Shown here in pieces: positions 38,181 through 48,029 of a stretch of DNA of 64,000 nucleotides. The first letter of the stretch is position 1. Each line of letters begins with the position of its first letter. This stretch comes from Capsulimonadaceae bacterium. GTDB taxonomy: Bacteria; Armatimonadota; Armatimonadia; Armatimonadales; Capsulimonadaceae. The position numbers and the translations under genes were made by a program. The stretch lies in contig OZ244065.1 in the NCBI GenBank assembly GCA_965215505.1, forward strand, positions 2,784,001 through 2,848,000. The letters run 5' to 3'. The notes beneath the pieces were generated by a model, which was not told the origin of the DNA, did no database searches, and saw only the letters and a program-made list of their open reading frames with translations.

Positions 38181-38375
38181 GGAACCCACCCCGGCGCGAG
38201 CGCCGACCCTCCCGAAACGGGTGGGTGGACTGGGAAGGTTGTCATTCGATTTTGCGTGATGATTAGGCAGCAAGGCGGTTAAAGGGGCCCTGTTCAAGAA
38301 GACAAGACCCAACAACTACCTTCCCGCTCACCTTCCCGTTTCGGGAGGGTCGGCGCTCGCGCCGGGGTGGGTTCC
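38181..38375. repeat. REP-like inverted repeat with 41-bp arms, overlapping the murD 3' end
   Basis: ggaacccaccccggcgcgagcgccgaccctcccgaaacggg at 38181-38221 and its reverse complement at 38335-38375. Confidence 0.85.
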
Positions 38376-39770
38376 CACCGCCGCCTTGAACTGGTCGCCC
38401 CGGTCTTCAAAGTCCCGGAACATGTCGAACGACGCGCAGGCCGGGGCCAGCAGCACGGCGTCCCCGTCTTGCGCCAGGGCTGACGCCTGCGCCACCGCCT
38501 CCTGCAAGGTCCCCGCACGGTGGATGCTCTCGTACCCCGCCGCTCGGCAGGCGGCTTCTATCTCCGGGGCCGACCGCCCGATGAGGACGAGCGCGCGGAC
38601 ATTGTTCTTGACCACCGCCTCGGCCAGCGTCGCCACGTCGCCGCCCTTGAAGACGCCGCCGGCGATGACCACCTTCGGCTCGGGCAGGGCCTCTAACGAC
38701 TTCTCGAACGCGGCGGCATTCGTACACATGGAGTTGTTAATGTACCGGACGCCGCCGACCGTCGCCACATATTCCAGCCGATGCACGACTCCGGTGAAGG
38801 TGGTCGCCACCTGGCGGATGGGTTCAATGCCGACGCCAAACACCGTTGCCATCGCCGCCGCCGCGAGTATGTTCTCGATATTATGCTGGCCGGGCAGTGT
38901 CACCTCCGAAGCCTTGCACACTTCGGTGAACATCTCTTCTGCTGTCGGCCGCATATCGCGGCTCAGATAGATGCTGCCGCCGTATGACCATGCGCCATAC
39001 TTGTCCGACCTATCTAATCCGAACAGCCAGACGTTGCTTCTCGGCAACCTCTGGACTAGCGGTGAGAGGCCGCACCACAGATCATCCTTTATGACAGCAA
39101 AATCATCCGCCGTCTGGTTCTCGAAGATGCGCCACTTGGCGGCAACATACTCCTCCCACGTCTGCCGGTCGCTGTGGTCGGGCGAGATGTTCAGGAGGGC
39201 GGCGACCTTCGGCCTGAACGTCGAGATCCACTCTAGCTGGAACGACGAAATCTCAGCGGCTATGGCTGCCTCGGGCGGGGCCAGGTACGCGGCCTTAATC
39301 AAGGGCATGGCGATGTCGCCCGCCGCGATGTTGCCGCCGATGTATGTCTCGATCCCCGCCGCCTTCAGCATCTCGCCCAGCAGCACCGTCGTGGTCGTCT
39401 TGCCGTTCGTCCCGGTGATGGCGAGGATCGGCGCGCGGGCGATCCGGTACGCCGCCTCGATCTCGCCCAGGACAGGGACACCCGCCGCGACCGCGTCCTG
39501 CAAAACGGTCGCGTCCCGGCGGACGCCGGGGCTGGTGATGAGATAGTCTAACTGGCCGTAGTCCAGGGCCGCCCCGCCCGTCAGCGGCGTCAGGCCCAAG
39601 GCTTCCACTTCCGCCACGGCCCCGGCGATGTCGGCGGCGGGCTTGCCGTCATAGGGGATGACGTGCGCGCCCAGGGCGGTCAGCACCTCGCAGCAGGCCA
39701 GGCCGCTGCGGGCCAGGCCGACGACGGCGACGGTCTTGCCGTGGAATGGGTTGTTAAGGTCGGTGTGCAT
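38328..39770 (-). CDS. murD: UDP-MurNAc-L-Ala--D-Glu ligase
   Basis: GLARSG, GTNGKTTT, EISSFQL, HRLE and PACASFD..F motifs. Confidence 0.96.
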   Translation of the reverse strand: MHTDLNNPFHGKTVAVVGLARSGLACCEVLTALGAHVIPYDGKPAADIAGAVAEVEALGLTPLTGGAALDYGQLDYLITSPGVRRDATVLQDAVAAGVPVLGEIEAAYRIARAPILAITGTNGKTTTTVLLGEMLKAAGIETYIGGNIAAGDIAMPLIKAAYLAPPEAAIAAEISSFQLEWISTFRPKVAALLNISPDHSDRQTWEEYVAAKWRIFENQTADDFAVIKDDLWCGLSPLVQRLPRSNVWLFGLDRSDKYGAWSYGGSIYLSRDMRPTAEEMFTEVCKASEVTLPGQHNIENILAAAAMATVFGVGIEPIRQVATTFTGVVHRLEYVATVGGVRYINNSMCTNAAAFEKSLEALPEPKVVIAGGVFKGGDVATLAEAVVKNNVRALVLIGRSAPEIEAACRAAGYESIHRAGTLQEAVAQASALAQDGDAVLLAPACASFDMFRDFEDRGDQFKAAVGTHPGASADPPETGR

Positions 39771-39785
39771 ATTTCCGCCGTCATG

Positions 39786-39886
39786 TAGGGGCGCCGCTTG
39801 CCGCGCCCTCTTCTCCAGCTCGTCCCCTCCTTTACGGCCCACACCCGGAGGATGAGGAAGGAGGGCGCGGCAAGCGGCGCCCCTAC
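39786..39886. repeat. GTAG-type REP doublet between mraY and murD
   Basis: gtaggggcgccgcttgccgcgccc / gggcgcggcaagcggcgcccctac; supplies the mraY stop codon. Confidence 0.8.
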
Positions 39887-40926
39887 GGATTATCCAGCCA
39901 CACATACATCGCCGGGGCCAGCAGCAGCCCCAGAACAAGCGCCAGGATGCCCAGAATCCAGAAGCGGGCGACGACGTGGGTTTCGGGCCAGCCCAGCTTC
40001 TGGAAATGGAGATGGATCGGCGACATGCGGAAGACGCGCCGACCGATGTCTTTGCCATCCGGGCCTCTGCCCCCCGTCGCCTTAAAGACGCTGACTTGAA
40101 TCATCACGCTGGCCGTCTCGATCAAAAAGACGATGGTGAACAGCAGCAGTAAAAGCTCCTGCTTGCCCAGGATGCCCATGACCGCGAAGCCCGACCCCAA
40201 AGCCAGCGAGCCGGTGTCACCCATGAACACCCGTGCGGGGTGCGCGTTGTACCACAGGAAGCCCAGACACGCGCCCGCGAGAGTGAGGCCGAAGATCGGG
40301 ACCTGCGGGAACGCGATATAGGTTGTCAGCGACAGGCCCACTAGGGTGAAGATCGAAAGCCCCCCGGCCAGCCCGTCCAGACCGTCCGTGAGGTTGGCGG
40401 CGTTGGACAGGCCGATGATCAGGAAGAAGGCCAGTATGTAGTACAGGTAGCCCAGGTCTATGTGCTGGTTGTGCCAGGCCCACACCTGCGTCGTGAAGTT
40501 CGGCTGTGAGGTCAGGAACAGCCAGAGGACGAAAGCCAGGGCGATGACGACCTGCCCGGCGAGTTTCTGCCGGGCCAGCAGGCCCAGCGATTTGCCGCGC
40601 CGGGCTTTCAGGAAATCGTCCAGGAAGCCCAAGCCGGCGTGGGCGACGAAGACCAGGACGATGGCAATCAAAGCAGGGCTGACCGGGCGCAGGGCGGGCG
40701 AAACAAGGCAGCCCAGGCCCAGGGTCAGGAGCAGGCTGAGGACAAACAAAACGCCGCCCATGCTTGGTGTCCCCTGCTTCTTCTGATGGTCTTCAGACAG
40801 ATACTCGCTGATGTTCTGTCCGAACTTCAGCGCACGCAGGAGGGCGATGGTGCGCGGGCCGAGGGCAAGCACGATGAGGAAGGCGACCAGGAACCCGGCC
40901 AGGGCGTAAGGGTCCGGGGTCCTCAT
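39883..40926 (-). CDS. mraY: Phospho-MurNAc-pentapeptide transferase
   Basis: GTPSMGG, LDD, NLTDGLDGL and FMGDTGS motifs. Confidence 0.97.
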   Translation of the reverse strand: MRTPDPYALAGFLVAFLIVLALGPRTIALLRALKFGQNISEYLSEDHQKKQGTPSMGGVLFVLSLLLTLGLGCLVSPALRPVSPALIAIVLVFVAHAGLGFLDDFLKARRGKSLGLLARQKLAGQVVIALAFVLWLFLTSQPNFTTQVWAWHNQHIDLGYLYYILAFFLIIGLSNAANLTDGLDGLAGGLSIFTLVGLSLTTYIAFPQVPIFGLTLAGACLGFLWYNAHPARVFMGDTGSLALGSGFAVMGILGKQELLLLLFTIVFLIETASVMIQVSVFKATGGRGPDGKDIGRRVFRMSPIHLHFQKLGWPETHVVARFWILGILALVLGLLLAPAMYVWLDNP

Positions 40927-42272
40927 GGCGGCGTCCCCTCGGTGGGGGGGGCCAGTGCCGCCGCGACCTTTTCCAACGCCAGGGCGCGCGAACCTTTGAC
41001 CAGGATGACGTCGCCCGGCTTGGGCGCGAACGTCTCGCGGGCGAAGCGGACGGCCTCGTCGGCATCCTCAAACCGCCGGGCGGCGTTCGGGATGAGCGCG
41101 GCCAGGCCGCCGACGGTGTAGAGCGCGTCCAAGCCGCCCAGGTCGGCGATGACGCCGCCTAGCTCCCGGTGCGCCTCGTCCGCCCGCGCGCCCAGCTCGC
41201 GCATGTCGCCGAGGAAGGCGATCTTGCGCCCGCCGGGGTAGGCGGCCAGGGTGTCCAGGGCGGTCTTCATGGACGCGGGTCCGGCGTTGTAGGCGTCGTT
41301 CAGGACGGTGACGCCCGAGTTCGTTTTGACGATTTGCATCCGCATCGGCGGTGGGGTGTAGGTTTGCAGGGCCTCGGCGGCTTCGGCCAGGGGAACGCCC
41401 AGGGTGTCGGCGACGGCCAGCGCGGCGAGGGCATTGCTGATGTCATGGCGCGAGAGGCTGGCGATCTGGACCGGGACGCCGCGCGCGAGAAAGTGCCAGC
41501 CGTCTCCTGTTGACGTTATGCCTCCGGCCTGGTAGTCGCCCGCGCTGCCATAGGTCACGACGCGCGCCGTCGTCTTCGCTTGCAGGCGCGGCAGGTATGG
41601 GTCGTCCGCGTTCAGGACGGCGATGCCGTCAGCGGGCAGGCTTTCCAGAAGCTCGCCCTTGGCGTCGGCGATGGCGTCTCGCGAGCCGAGCAGTTCCAGG
41701 TGGTTGTCGGCGATGACCGTGATGACGCCCACCGTGGGGCGGGCGATGCCGCACAGGTAGGCGATCTGGCCGCTCCCGCGCATCCCCATCTCGACGACGG
41801 CGGCCTTATGCTCCGAAGTCAGTTGCAGCAAGGCCTTGGGAACGCCCGTTTCGTTGTTCTGACTGGCGGGCGTCTTTAACACCGGGCCGAGCGGGGACAG
41901 CGTACAGGCCAGCATCTCTTTCAAAGTCGTCTTGCCGACGCTGCCGGTGACGCCGACTACAGGAATCGCGAAGCGGTCGCGCCAGAAGCGGGCGAGCAGG
42001 CCGTAGGCGACTTCCGTGTCCGGGACGCGCAAAACCGGCGTATCCAGCGAGGCGACCACCTGCTGGGAAACGACCAGCCCGCCCGCGCCCGCCCGCAGGG
42101 CATGCGGGATGAACTGGTGTCCGTCCGTCGTCGGGCCGGTCAGGGCGACGAACAGGTCGCCCGGCTGCATCGTCCGCGTGTCGGTGGAGACGTGCGGGAA
42201 GGTGACCTGGGCACCGCCGGTGGGCGTCCCGTAGTCCAGGGCCTGGAAGACTTCGCGCAGTGTCAGGGACAT
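40923..42272 (-). CDS. murF: UDP-MurNAc-tripeptide--D-Ala-D-Ala ligase
   Basis: GSVGKTT.KE, NN..GVP, DAYNA.P.SM and KGSR motifs. Confidence 0.96.
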   Translation of the reverse strand: MSLTLREVFQALDYGTPTGGAQVTFPHVSTDTRTMQPGDLFVALTGPTTDGHQFIPHALRAGAGGLVVSQQVVASLDTPVLRVPDTEVAYGLLARFWRDRFAIPVVGVTGSVGKTTLKEMLACTLSPLGPVLKTPASQNNETGVPKALLQLTSEHKAAVVEMGMRGSGQIAYLCGIARPTVGVITVIADNHLELLGSRDAIADAKGELLESLPADGIAVLNADDPYLPRLQAKTTARVVTYGSAGDYQAGGITSTGDGWHFLARGVPVQIASLSRHDISNALAALAVADTLGVPLAEAAEALQTYTPPPMRMQIVKTNSGVTVLNDAYNAGPASMKTALDTLAAYPGGRKIAFLGDMRELGARADEAHRELGGVIADLGGLDALYTVGGLAALIPNAARRFEDADEAVRFARETFAPKPGDVILVKGSRALALEKVAAALAPPTEGTPP

Positions 42273-43783
42273 GCGGCAAGCGCCTCCCGCGCGACGAGGC
42301 GGTCGTCGAAGGGGATGGTCCGGCCCCCGGCAAAGGTCTGCGTCGTCTCGTGTCCCTTGCCGGCGATGACGATGAGGTCGCCGGGCCGGGCCAGGGCACA
42401 CAGGGCCAGTTTGATGGCGGCGTGGCGGTCCACTTCAACGGCGACGTTCGGGTTTTCGCGCCCGCCTTCGATGCCCGCCAGGATATCGGCGACGATGGCG
42501 TCCGGGTTTTCGGAGCGCGGGTTATCGCTGGTCAGCAGGGTCAGGTCAGCAAGCTCGGACGCGATGCGCCCCATCAGCGGGCGCTTCTTGGAGTCCCGGT
42601 CGCCGCCGCAGCCGAAGACGCAGACCAGGCGCGTCGGATTGAGGGCGCGGGCGGAGCGCAGCACGTTCTCCAGACCATCCGAGGTATGGGCGTAGTCCAC
42701 CAGGACGGTGAAGTCGCGGCCCGGCGTCGGCACCAGCTCGAAGCGGCCGGGAACGCCGGTCAGGGCTTCCAAGCCGTTCTTGATTGCCTGGACCGGGACG
42801 CGGCGCAGGAGGGCGACGCCGACGGCGGCCAGGGCGTTCGCGACTTGGAACAGGCCGCCCATTTGCAGGGTGACGGTGAAGGAGACGACGCTGCCCTGGG
42901 GCGGCTGGTAGGAGACGGTGAAGCGCGTGCCGTCCGGCCGCGCCTCGTCTATGGTCGCCCGCAGGGCGGCCTCGGGGCTAGACAGGCCGTAGCGCAGGAC
43001 GGGCCGCCCCGCCGCCTCCAGGGCCTCGATGATGCGCCGCCCGTAAGGGTCGTCGGCGTTGACCACGGCATTGAAGGGCTTGTCGGGGGAGGCGGCCGGG
43101 TACTCGGTGAATAAGCGCAGCTTCTCGGCGAAGTAGGCTTCCATCGTGCCGTGGGCGTCCAGGTGGTCCTGGGTCAGATTAGTGAAGACGCCGGTGTCGA
43201 ACGCGCACCGGGCCGTCCGGCCCATGATGATGCCCTGCGAGGACACCTCCATGACGCAGCGCCGGACATTGGCCTGGACCATGTCGGCGAACAGGCCTTG
43301 CAGGTCCGGGGCCTCGGGCGTGGTCCGCTCCAGCGGGACGGCCCGGCCGCCGATGGTCGCGCCGATGGTGCCGATCAGGCCGGTCTTCTCGCCCAGGGTG
43401 CGGAAGATGCTCTCGATCATGTAGGCCGTGGTCGTCTTGCCGTTGGTGCCGGTGACGCCGATCAGGTCCAACCGCTTGGACGGCTCGCCGTAGAAAGTCG
43501 CGGCGAGCTGCGGCAGCACGTCCCGCGTGCTGAGGACGATGACCAGGGGCAGGCCGTGCGCGCCGTACCAGCTCGCCCGGTCAGCGTGGATCATCAGGGC
43601 GGCCGCGCCCTTGTTCATGGCCTGGGCGATGAAGTCGTGCCCGTCGGAGGCCGCCCCGCGCAGGGCGACGAAGAGCGCGCCGGGCGTCACCTGCCGCGAG
43701 TCATAAGCCAGGCCGGTGACCTCGATGTCCACGCCGGTCTGCTGGGCGTTCGGGATGTGTTCGATGAGCGCGCTGAGTTTCAT
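42263..43783 (-). CDS. murE: UDP-MurNAc-dipeptide--meso-DAP ligase
   Basis: GTNGKTT, DYAH, GCGGDRD and DNPR (DAP-type) motifs. Confidence 0.96.
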   Translation of the reverse strand: MKLSALIEHIPNAQQTGVDIEVTGLAYDSRQVTPGALFVALRGAASDGHDFIAQAMNKGAAALMIHADRASWYGAHGLPLVIVLSTRDVLPQLAATFYGEPSKRLDLIGVTGTNGKTTTAYMIESIFRTLGEKTGLIGTIGATIGGRAVPLERTTPEAPDLQGLFADMVQANVRRCVMEVSSQGIIMGRTARCAFDTGVFTNLTQDHLDAHGTMEAYFAEKLRLFTEYPAASPDKPFNAVVNADDPYGRRIIEALEAAGRPVLRYGLSSPEAALRATIDEARPDGTRFTVSYQPPQGSVVSFTVTLQMGGLFQVANALAAVGVALLRRVPVQAIKNGLEALTGVPGRFELVPTPGRDFTVLVDYAHTSDGLENVLRSARALNPTRLVCVFGCGGDRDSKKRPLMGRIASELADLTLLTSDNPRSENPDAIVADILAGIEGGRENPNVAVEVDRHAAIKLALCALARPGDLIVIAGKGHETTQTFAGGRTIPFDDRLVAREALAACP

Positions 43784-43793
43784 AGACTTGCTT

Positions 43794-45737
43794 CTAGGGG
43801 GTCCCTGCGTCTCCGATGTCCGCCGCGCGCCGCGCCGTCCGGCGTACCGGCGTCCCGTCCGCATCACTCCGCACCGTCTCCCCCATCTTGACCTTGAGCT
43901 GGTCGGCCCAATCCAGAGTCCCCGGCGCGTCGGGGGGAATCTGCATCTGGAACAGGGCCTCACGGGCGATGTCGTGGACGACCGGGGCGGCGACGCTGGC
44001 CCCCCAGTGAATGCCCTGCGGCTCGAAGACGGCGCACAGGATGACCAGGCGCGGGTGCGAGAGCGGGTACAGGCCGACGAACGAGGCCACGAAGTGGCCC
44101 TCCTCGTAGCCGTGCGCGCCGGACACCTGGGCCGAGCCGGTCTTGCCGCCCACCGAGAAGTCGGCGATCTGGGCGGGCCGGCCCGTCCCGGACTGCACGA
44201 CCGTGCCGAGCATGGAGCGGACGGCGGCGGCGACCTGCGGGTCCAGGACGCGGCGCACCGGCGTCGGCGGGACCAGGGTTTCCTTGCCGTCCTTGCGGGT
44301 GGCGCGGATGATGTGCGGGCGCATCAGTACTCCGCCGTTCGCGATGGCACCGTAGGCGGCGGCGAGCTGCATGGGGGTCAGCGAGATGCCCTGGCCGAAG
44401 GCGATGTTGGCGAGCTTGATCTTGGGCCAGCCGACGCCCCCCGTGAAGCGATCGGGGGCGTCGGGCGAGGCGAGGTGCGAGGCGGCCTCGCCGGGCAGGC
44501 CCGACTCGGGCGGGTCCAGGAACCCGAACTTCTGCTCGTACTCGTACAGCTTGGGGGCACCCAAAGCCAGCCCGAACTGGGCCATGCCGACATTGGAGGA
44601 CACGCGCAGGATGCCGCGCAGGTTCTGCTCGCCCAGGTTCCGGGTGAGCGCATCGGCGGCCTCGTGGATGACGCGCTTGCCGATGGGCAGGGTCGGGCTG
44701 CAATAGACGCGCTTGTCCATCATGCCCAAGCCCTGCTCCTGTAGGATGGCGGACGCGGTGATGGTCTTGAGCGTGGACCCCGGCTCGTAGAGGTCCGAAA
44801 CAGCCCCGTTCTTCCAGCGCGCGGCCATTTCCAGTGCGGCGGCTTTAGAAACCCGGTGAGCCGGGCGGGGGGTATTCGGGTTGAAGGCCGGGGCCTGGGA
44901 GAGCGCCAAAATCTCGCCGGTCTGCGGGTCAAGGACAACGACCACGCCGTGGTCTGCGTGGTGGGCGGCGACCGCTTTGGCAAGCGCGTCGTCGGCCACC
45001 CCTTGCAGGCGCGAGTCCAGGGTCGTGATGATGTCCGCGCCGTTCTCGGCCTCGGCCCTCCGCCGTGTCGTGCCGGGCAGGAAGCGGCCGTCCTTGTCTA
45101 TCTCGGCGACCACCTTGCCGTCGTGCCCGCGCAGCAGGGCCTCCTGGCTGTGTTCCAGGCCGGAGATTCCCACGCCGTCGCCGTTCGTAAAGCCAAGGGC
45201 TTGGGCGGCCAGGTCCCCCTCGGGATAGGAGCGGCTGGAGTCGCCGACGGCGTAGATGCCGGCAAGCCCGGTCTTCTTGATGGCCGCCGTCAGGGCCTGG
45301 ACGGGCATGACGGTGGTGGTGCCGGGCAAGGCGAAGTGCCGCTTCAGGGCGACATAGTGGACGCGGGCCGAGCGCGGTGTCAGCAGCCGTTGCAGCCGGG
45401 CCGGGTCGTCATGCAGGATCGGGGCGAGCAGGGCGGCGGCAGCCTCGGGGTCGGGCACTTCCTGGGGGTCGGCGTAGACGGCGGCGGCGGGGACATTGGC
45501 GGCCAGCGACTCGCCGTAGCGGTCCAGGATCAGGCCGCGCCGGGCGGGCAGGAGGCTCTTGCTGACGCGGTAGGCGTCGGCCTGCTTTTGAAAATAGGAG
45601 TGCCGGACGCCTTGAAGGTAGATCAGGCGTCCGGCCAAGGAGAGGTAAAGGACCGCGAAGCAGAGGCACAGGACCGTCGCCCGTGGTTTAATGACCGAAA
45701 GATGGTTGTGTGTCGCCGCCTGCTGTCGTGTCGCCAT
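43794..45737 (-). CDS. ftsI: Class B penicillin-binding protein (FtsI/SpoVD-like)
   Basis: EPGSTLK, SSN and KTG motifs. Confidence 0.92.
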   Translation of the reverse strand: MATRQQAATHNHLSVIKPRATVLCLCFAVLYLSLAGRLIYLQGVRHSYFQKQADAYRVSKSLLPARRGLILDRYGESLAANVPAAAVYADPQEVPDPEAAAALLAPILHDDPARLQRLLTPRSARVHYVALKRHFALPGTTTVMPVQALTAAIKKTGLAGIYAVGDSSRSYPEGDLAAQALGFTNGDGVGISGLEHSQEALLRGHDGKVVAEIDKDGRFLPGTTRRRAEAENGADIITTLDSRLQGVADDALAKAVAAHHADHGVVVVLDPQTGEILALSQAPAFNPNTPRPAHRVSKAAALEMAARWKNGAVSDLYEPGSTLKTITASAILQEQGLGMMDKRVYCSPTLPIGKRVIHEAADALTRNLGEQNLRGILRVSSNVGMAQFGLALGAPKLYEYEQKFGFLDPPESGLPGEAASHLASPDAPDRFTGGVGWPKIKLANIAFGQGISLTPMQLAAAYGAIANGGVLMRPHIIRATRKDGKETLVPPTPVRRVLDPQVAAAVRSMLGTVVQSGTGRPAQIADFSVGGKTGSAQVSGAHGYEEGHFVASFVGLYPLSHPRLVILCAVFEPQGIHWGASVAAPVVHDIAREALFQMQIPPDAPGTLDWADQLKVKMGETVRSDADGTPVRRTARRAADIGDAGTP

Positions 45738-46287
45738 TGATCGTCTGCTCCCCGCCTGGGGCCGTCCCCGTCGCCGTCCTGATCCCGTCCTGATCCAGCC
45801 CGCCCTTCACTTTTCGAGGCGCGGCGATGTAACTGACGGGGGTCGAGCCGCGCGGCGTCATGCCCAGGGCGAGGGCCGCCTGGATGACGTGGCTGCGGCT
45901 TTGCAGGAAGTCCCGCCGCGCCCGCAGGCTCTCGTTCTGGAGCTGGTAATGGCGGAGCTGCGTGCGCGCCTCGGCCTGGTCGTAGCCGAGCTGGCTGACG
46001 TGGGCGTAGGCGGCCAGGTACAGCAGCAGCAGGCCGCAGACGATGGCGGTGCAGGTCGTGGCGAAGCCCATCAGGCGCATCTCGGAGCGGCCCAGGCGGG
46101 TCATCCGGGGCCGGGGGGCCGGGCGGCTCTGCGGCAGGCTCTGCTCGGCCTCCAGGGCGGTGTTGCCGATGGCGGAGGGCCGGGCCGTGGCGCGCGCGGC
46201 GAGGCGGGCGCTGCCGGCGGAGCGGTGCGGGAGGGCGTCCATGCGGCGCGTCCGGTTCGGGTTCGGCGGCGTTCTCGTTTCCAGCAT
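45688..46287 (-). CDS. ftsL: FtsL-like cell division protein
   Basis: TM plus short coiled coil plus A.ALGM; lies between rsmH and the PBP. Confidence 0.7.
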   Translation of the reverse strand: MLETRTPPNPNRTRRMDALPHRSAGSARLAARATARPSAIGNTALEAEQSLPQSRPAPRPRMTRLGRSEMRLMGFATTCTAIVCGLLLLYLAAYAHVSQLGYDQAEARTQLRHYQLQNESLRARRDFLQSRSHVIQAALALGMTPRGSTPVSYIAAPRKVKGGLDQDGIRTATGTAPGGEQTINGDTTAGGDTQPSFGH

Positions 46288-46361
46288 CGCTTTTCCTCTG
46301 TGATCGTTCCTTGCCTGACTCCATCAGAGCGTCTGCGTCAAGATGATTACTAAAGCTTATT

Positions 46362-47303
46362 CTAAAGCTTGCGGGCGGCCCGGAGGCGGGCGCTCCGCGC
46401 GCGCGGGTTGGCGGCGATCTCGACCGGGTTCGGCTCCACGGCCTTGCGGGTCAGCAGGGCGATGACGGCAGGCGGCGGCGTCCCGTACAGGCCCTCGCCC
46501 GCCCCGCGCCCCGACAGCCGGGCGAAGAGCTGCTTGACGATCCGGTCTTCCAGAGAATGATAGGAGAGCGCCGCGATGGTGCCGCCTTTAGCGAGGCGGT
46601 CTACGGCGCTTTCCAGCGCATGTCCGAGAACCGTCAATTCGTCGTTGACCGCGATCCGCAGGGCCTGGAAGGTCCTGGTCGCGGCGTGCTTGTCGCTCGG
46701 CCGGGCGCGGGCCGGAATCGCGGCATGGACCGTGTCCACGAGCTGGCCCACGGTCCGGTACGGCGTCTCCGCCCGCCGCTCGGCGGCGAACCGGGCGATG
46801 CGGGCGGCCCAGTGTTCGTCCGAGTTCTCGCGGATCATCGTCGCAAGCTCGCGCTCCGACAGCCGGTTCAGCAGGTCCGCCGCCGTCGGCCCCCCGCCGG
46901 CCGCGTTCATCCGCATGTCTAAAACCGCGTCCGGGTCTTTGAACGAAAACCCGCGTGCCGGCGTATCCAATTGATAGGACGAGACGCCGAGGTCGAACAG
47001 GACGCCGTCTATCTGTCCGATTCCCAGATCGTCCAGGACCGAACCCAGTTCGTCGAACCGCGCCTGCCGCAGCGTCACCGTCTCACCGAGAGGGGCCAGC
47101 CGCCGCCCCGCTTCGGCCAGGGCATCCGGGTCCTGGTCCAGCCCGACCATCCGCCCGCCCGGCGTGAGCCGCTCCGCCAGGGCGAAGGCATGGCCGCCGC
47201 CGCCGACGGTGCAGTCCAGCAAAATGTTTCCGGGCTGCGGGTCCAGCGCCGCAACGATTTCGTCCCGCATTACGGGTATATGATAGGGCAGAGAATCAGG
47301 CAT
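46362..47303 (-). CDS. rsmH: 16S rRNA m4C1402 methyltransferase
   Basis: HIPVM, GGGGH, DLGVSS.QLD...RGFSF and NPRARSARLR motifs. Confidence 0.97.
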   Translation of the reverse strand: MPDSLPYHIPVMRDEIVAALDPQPGNILLDCTVGGGGHAFALAERLTPGGRMVGLDQDPDALAEAGRRLAPLGETVTLRQARFDELGSVLDDLGIGQIDGVLFDLGVSSYQLDTPARGFSFKDPDAVLDMRMNAAGGGPTAADLLNRLSERELATMIRENSDEHWAARIARFAAERRAETPYRTVGQLVDTVHAAIPARARPSDKHAATRTFQALRIAVNDELTVLGHALESAVDRLAKGGTIAALSYHSLEDRIVKQLFARLSGRGAGEGLYGTPPPAVIALLTRKAVEPNPVEIAANPRARSARLRAARKL

Positions 47304-47304
47304 T

Positions 47305-47739
47305 TCAGGCGATGCCCAGCTCGCGCGCCGACTCGGAGATCATTTCCGCCGTCAGGTCCTCGTTGTAGCGCTCCCAGGACTCGGCGCTCCAGATCTCGAT
47401 CCGGGCACCGGTCCCGACGATCACGACATCGCCCTGCTCGCCGATCTTGGCGTACAGACGCAGCTTGATCGGGATGGCGACGCGCCCCTGCCCGTCCACG
47501 CTGACCTCCGTGGAGGTGAAAAACCGCTGGAGCCGCATCGTGTGTTCGTCGAGCTGCTTCTGGCGGGAGAACGTCTCGCTCAAGTCCTTGTAGGCCGCAT
47601 CGGTGTAGACGAAGATGCAGCCGCCCATGCCCTTGGTCATGTAGAAGCGCTCGCCCAGCGAAGAGCGGAACCGGGTGGGGATGATGACGCGGCCTTTGTC
47701 GTCCACGCTGTGGTCGAATTCACCCTGAAAAACCACCAT
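47305..47739 (-). CDS. mraZ: Transcriptional regulator MraZ
   Basis: F.GEF.HSVDDKGR, DGQGRV and EIW motifs. Confidence 0.96.
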   Translation of the reverse strand: MVVFQGEFDHSVDDKGRVIIPTRFRSSLGERFYMTKGMGGCIFVYTDAAYKDLSETFSRQKQLDEHTMRLQRFFTSTEVSVDGQGRVAIPIKLRLYAKIGEQGDVVIVGTGARIEIWSAESWERYNEDLTAEMISESARELGIA

Positions 47740-47740
47740 T

Positions 47741-47807
47741 CCTCCACTCGGATGCCACTTGCCACCACTTAGGTACAACTATACGGCATGACGCCGGTTT
47801 TTGTCAA
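47741..47807 (-). promoter_or_regulatory. Sigma70 promoter of the dcw operon plus three GTGG MraZ-box repeats
   Basis: TTGACA (47807-47802)-18 nt-TATAGT (47783-47778), followed by aaGTGGtggc aaGTGGcatc cgaGTGGagg at 10-11-nt spacing. Confidence 0.75.
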
Positions 47808-48029
47808 GGGCAGGGGGAAGTTTTTTCAGTTTATTTTGTGGGGCAGTTTACTCTAGATGTTGGGGCCGCGCGTCGCGAGACACCAAATGTGGGGTCATCC
47901 GCGCCTCCGGCGAGGCTTCTGAGACGATGTGCAGCCCGGATTACATATGGGACGCGCCCCCACTTTGGCGAGTCGGGAAGTGGAAGTTGGAGGCTGTGGG
48001 AGTCAGAGGAGGGCTAAGGCTATTGCAAG

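Noticed and set aside
35624-38245. 873-aa FtsW-MurG fusion ORF
   Set aside because: The upstream part is an alternative frame overlapping ftsW; murG starts at 36817
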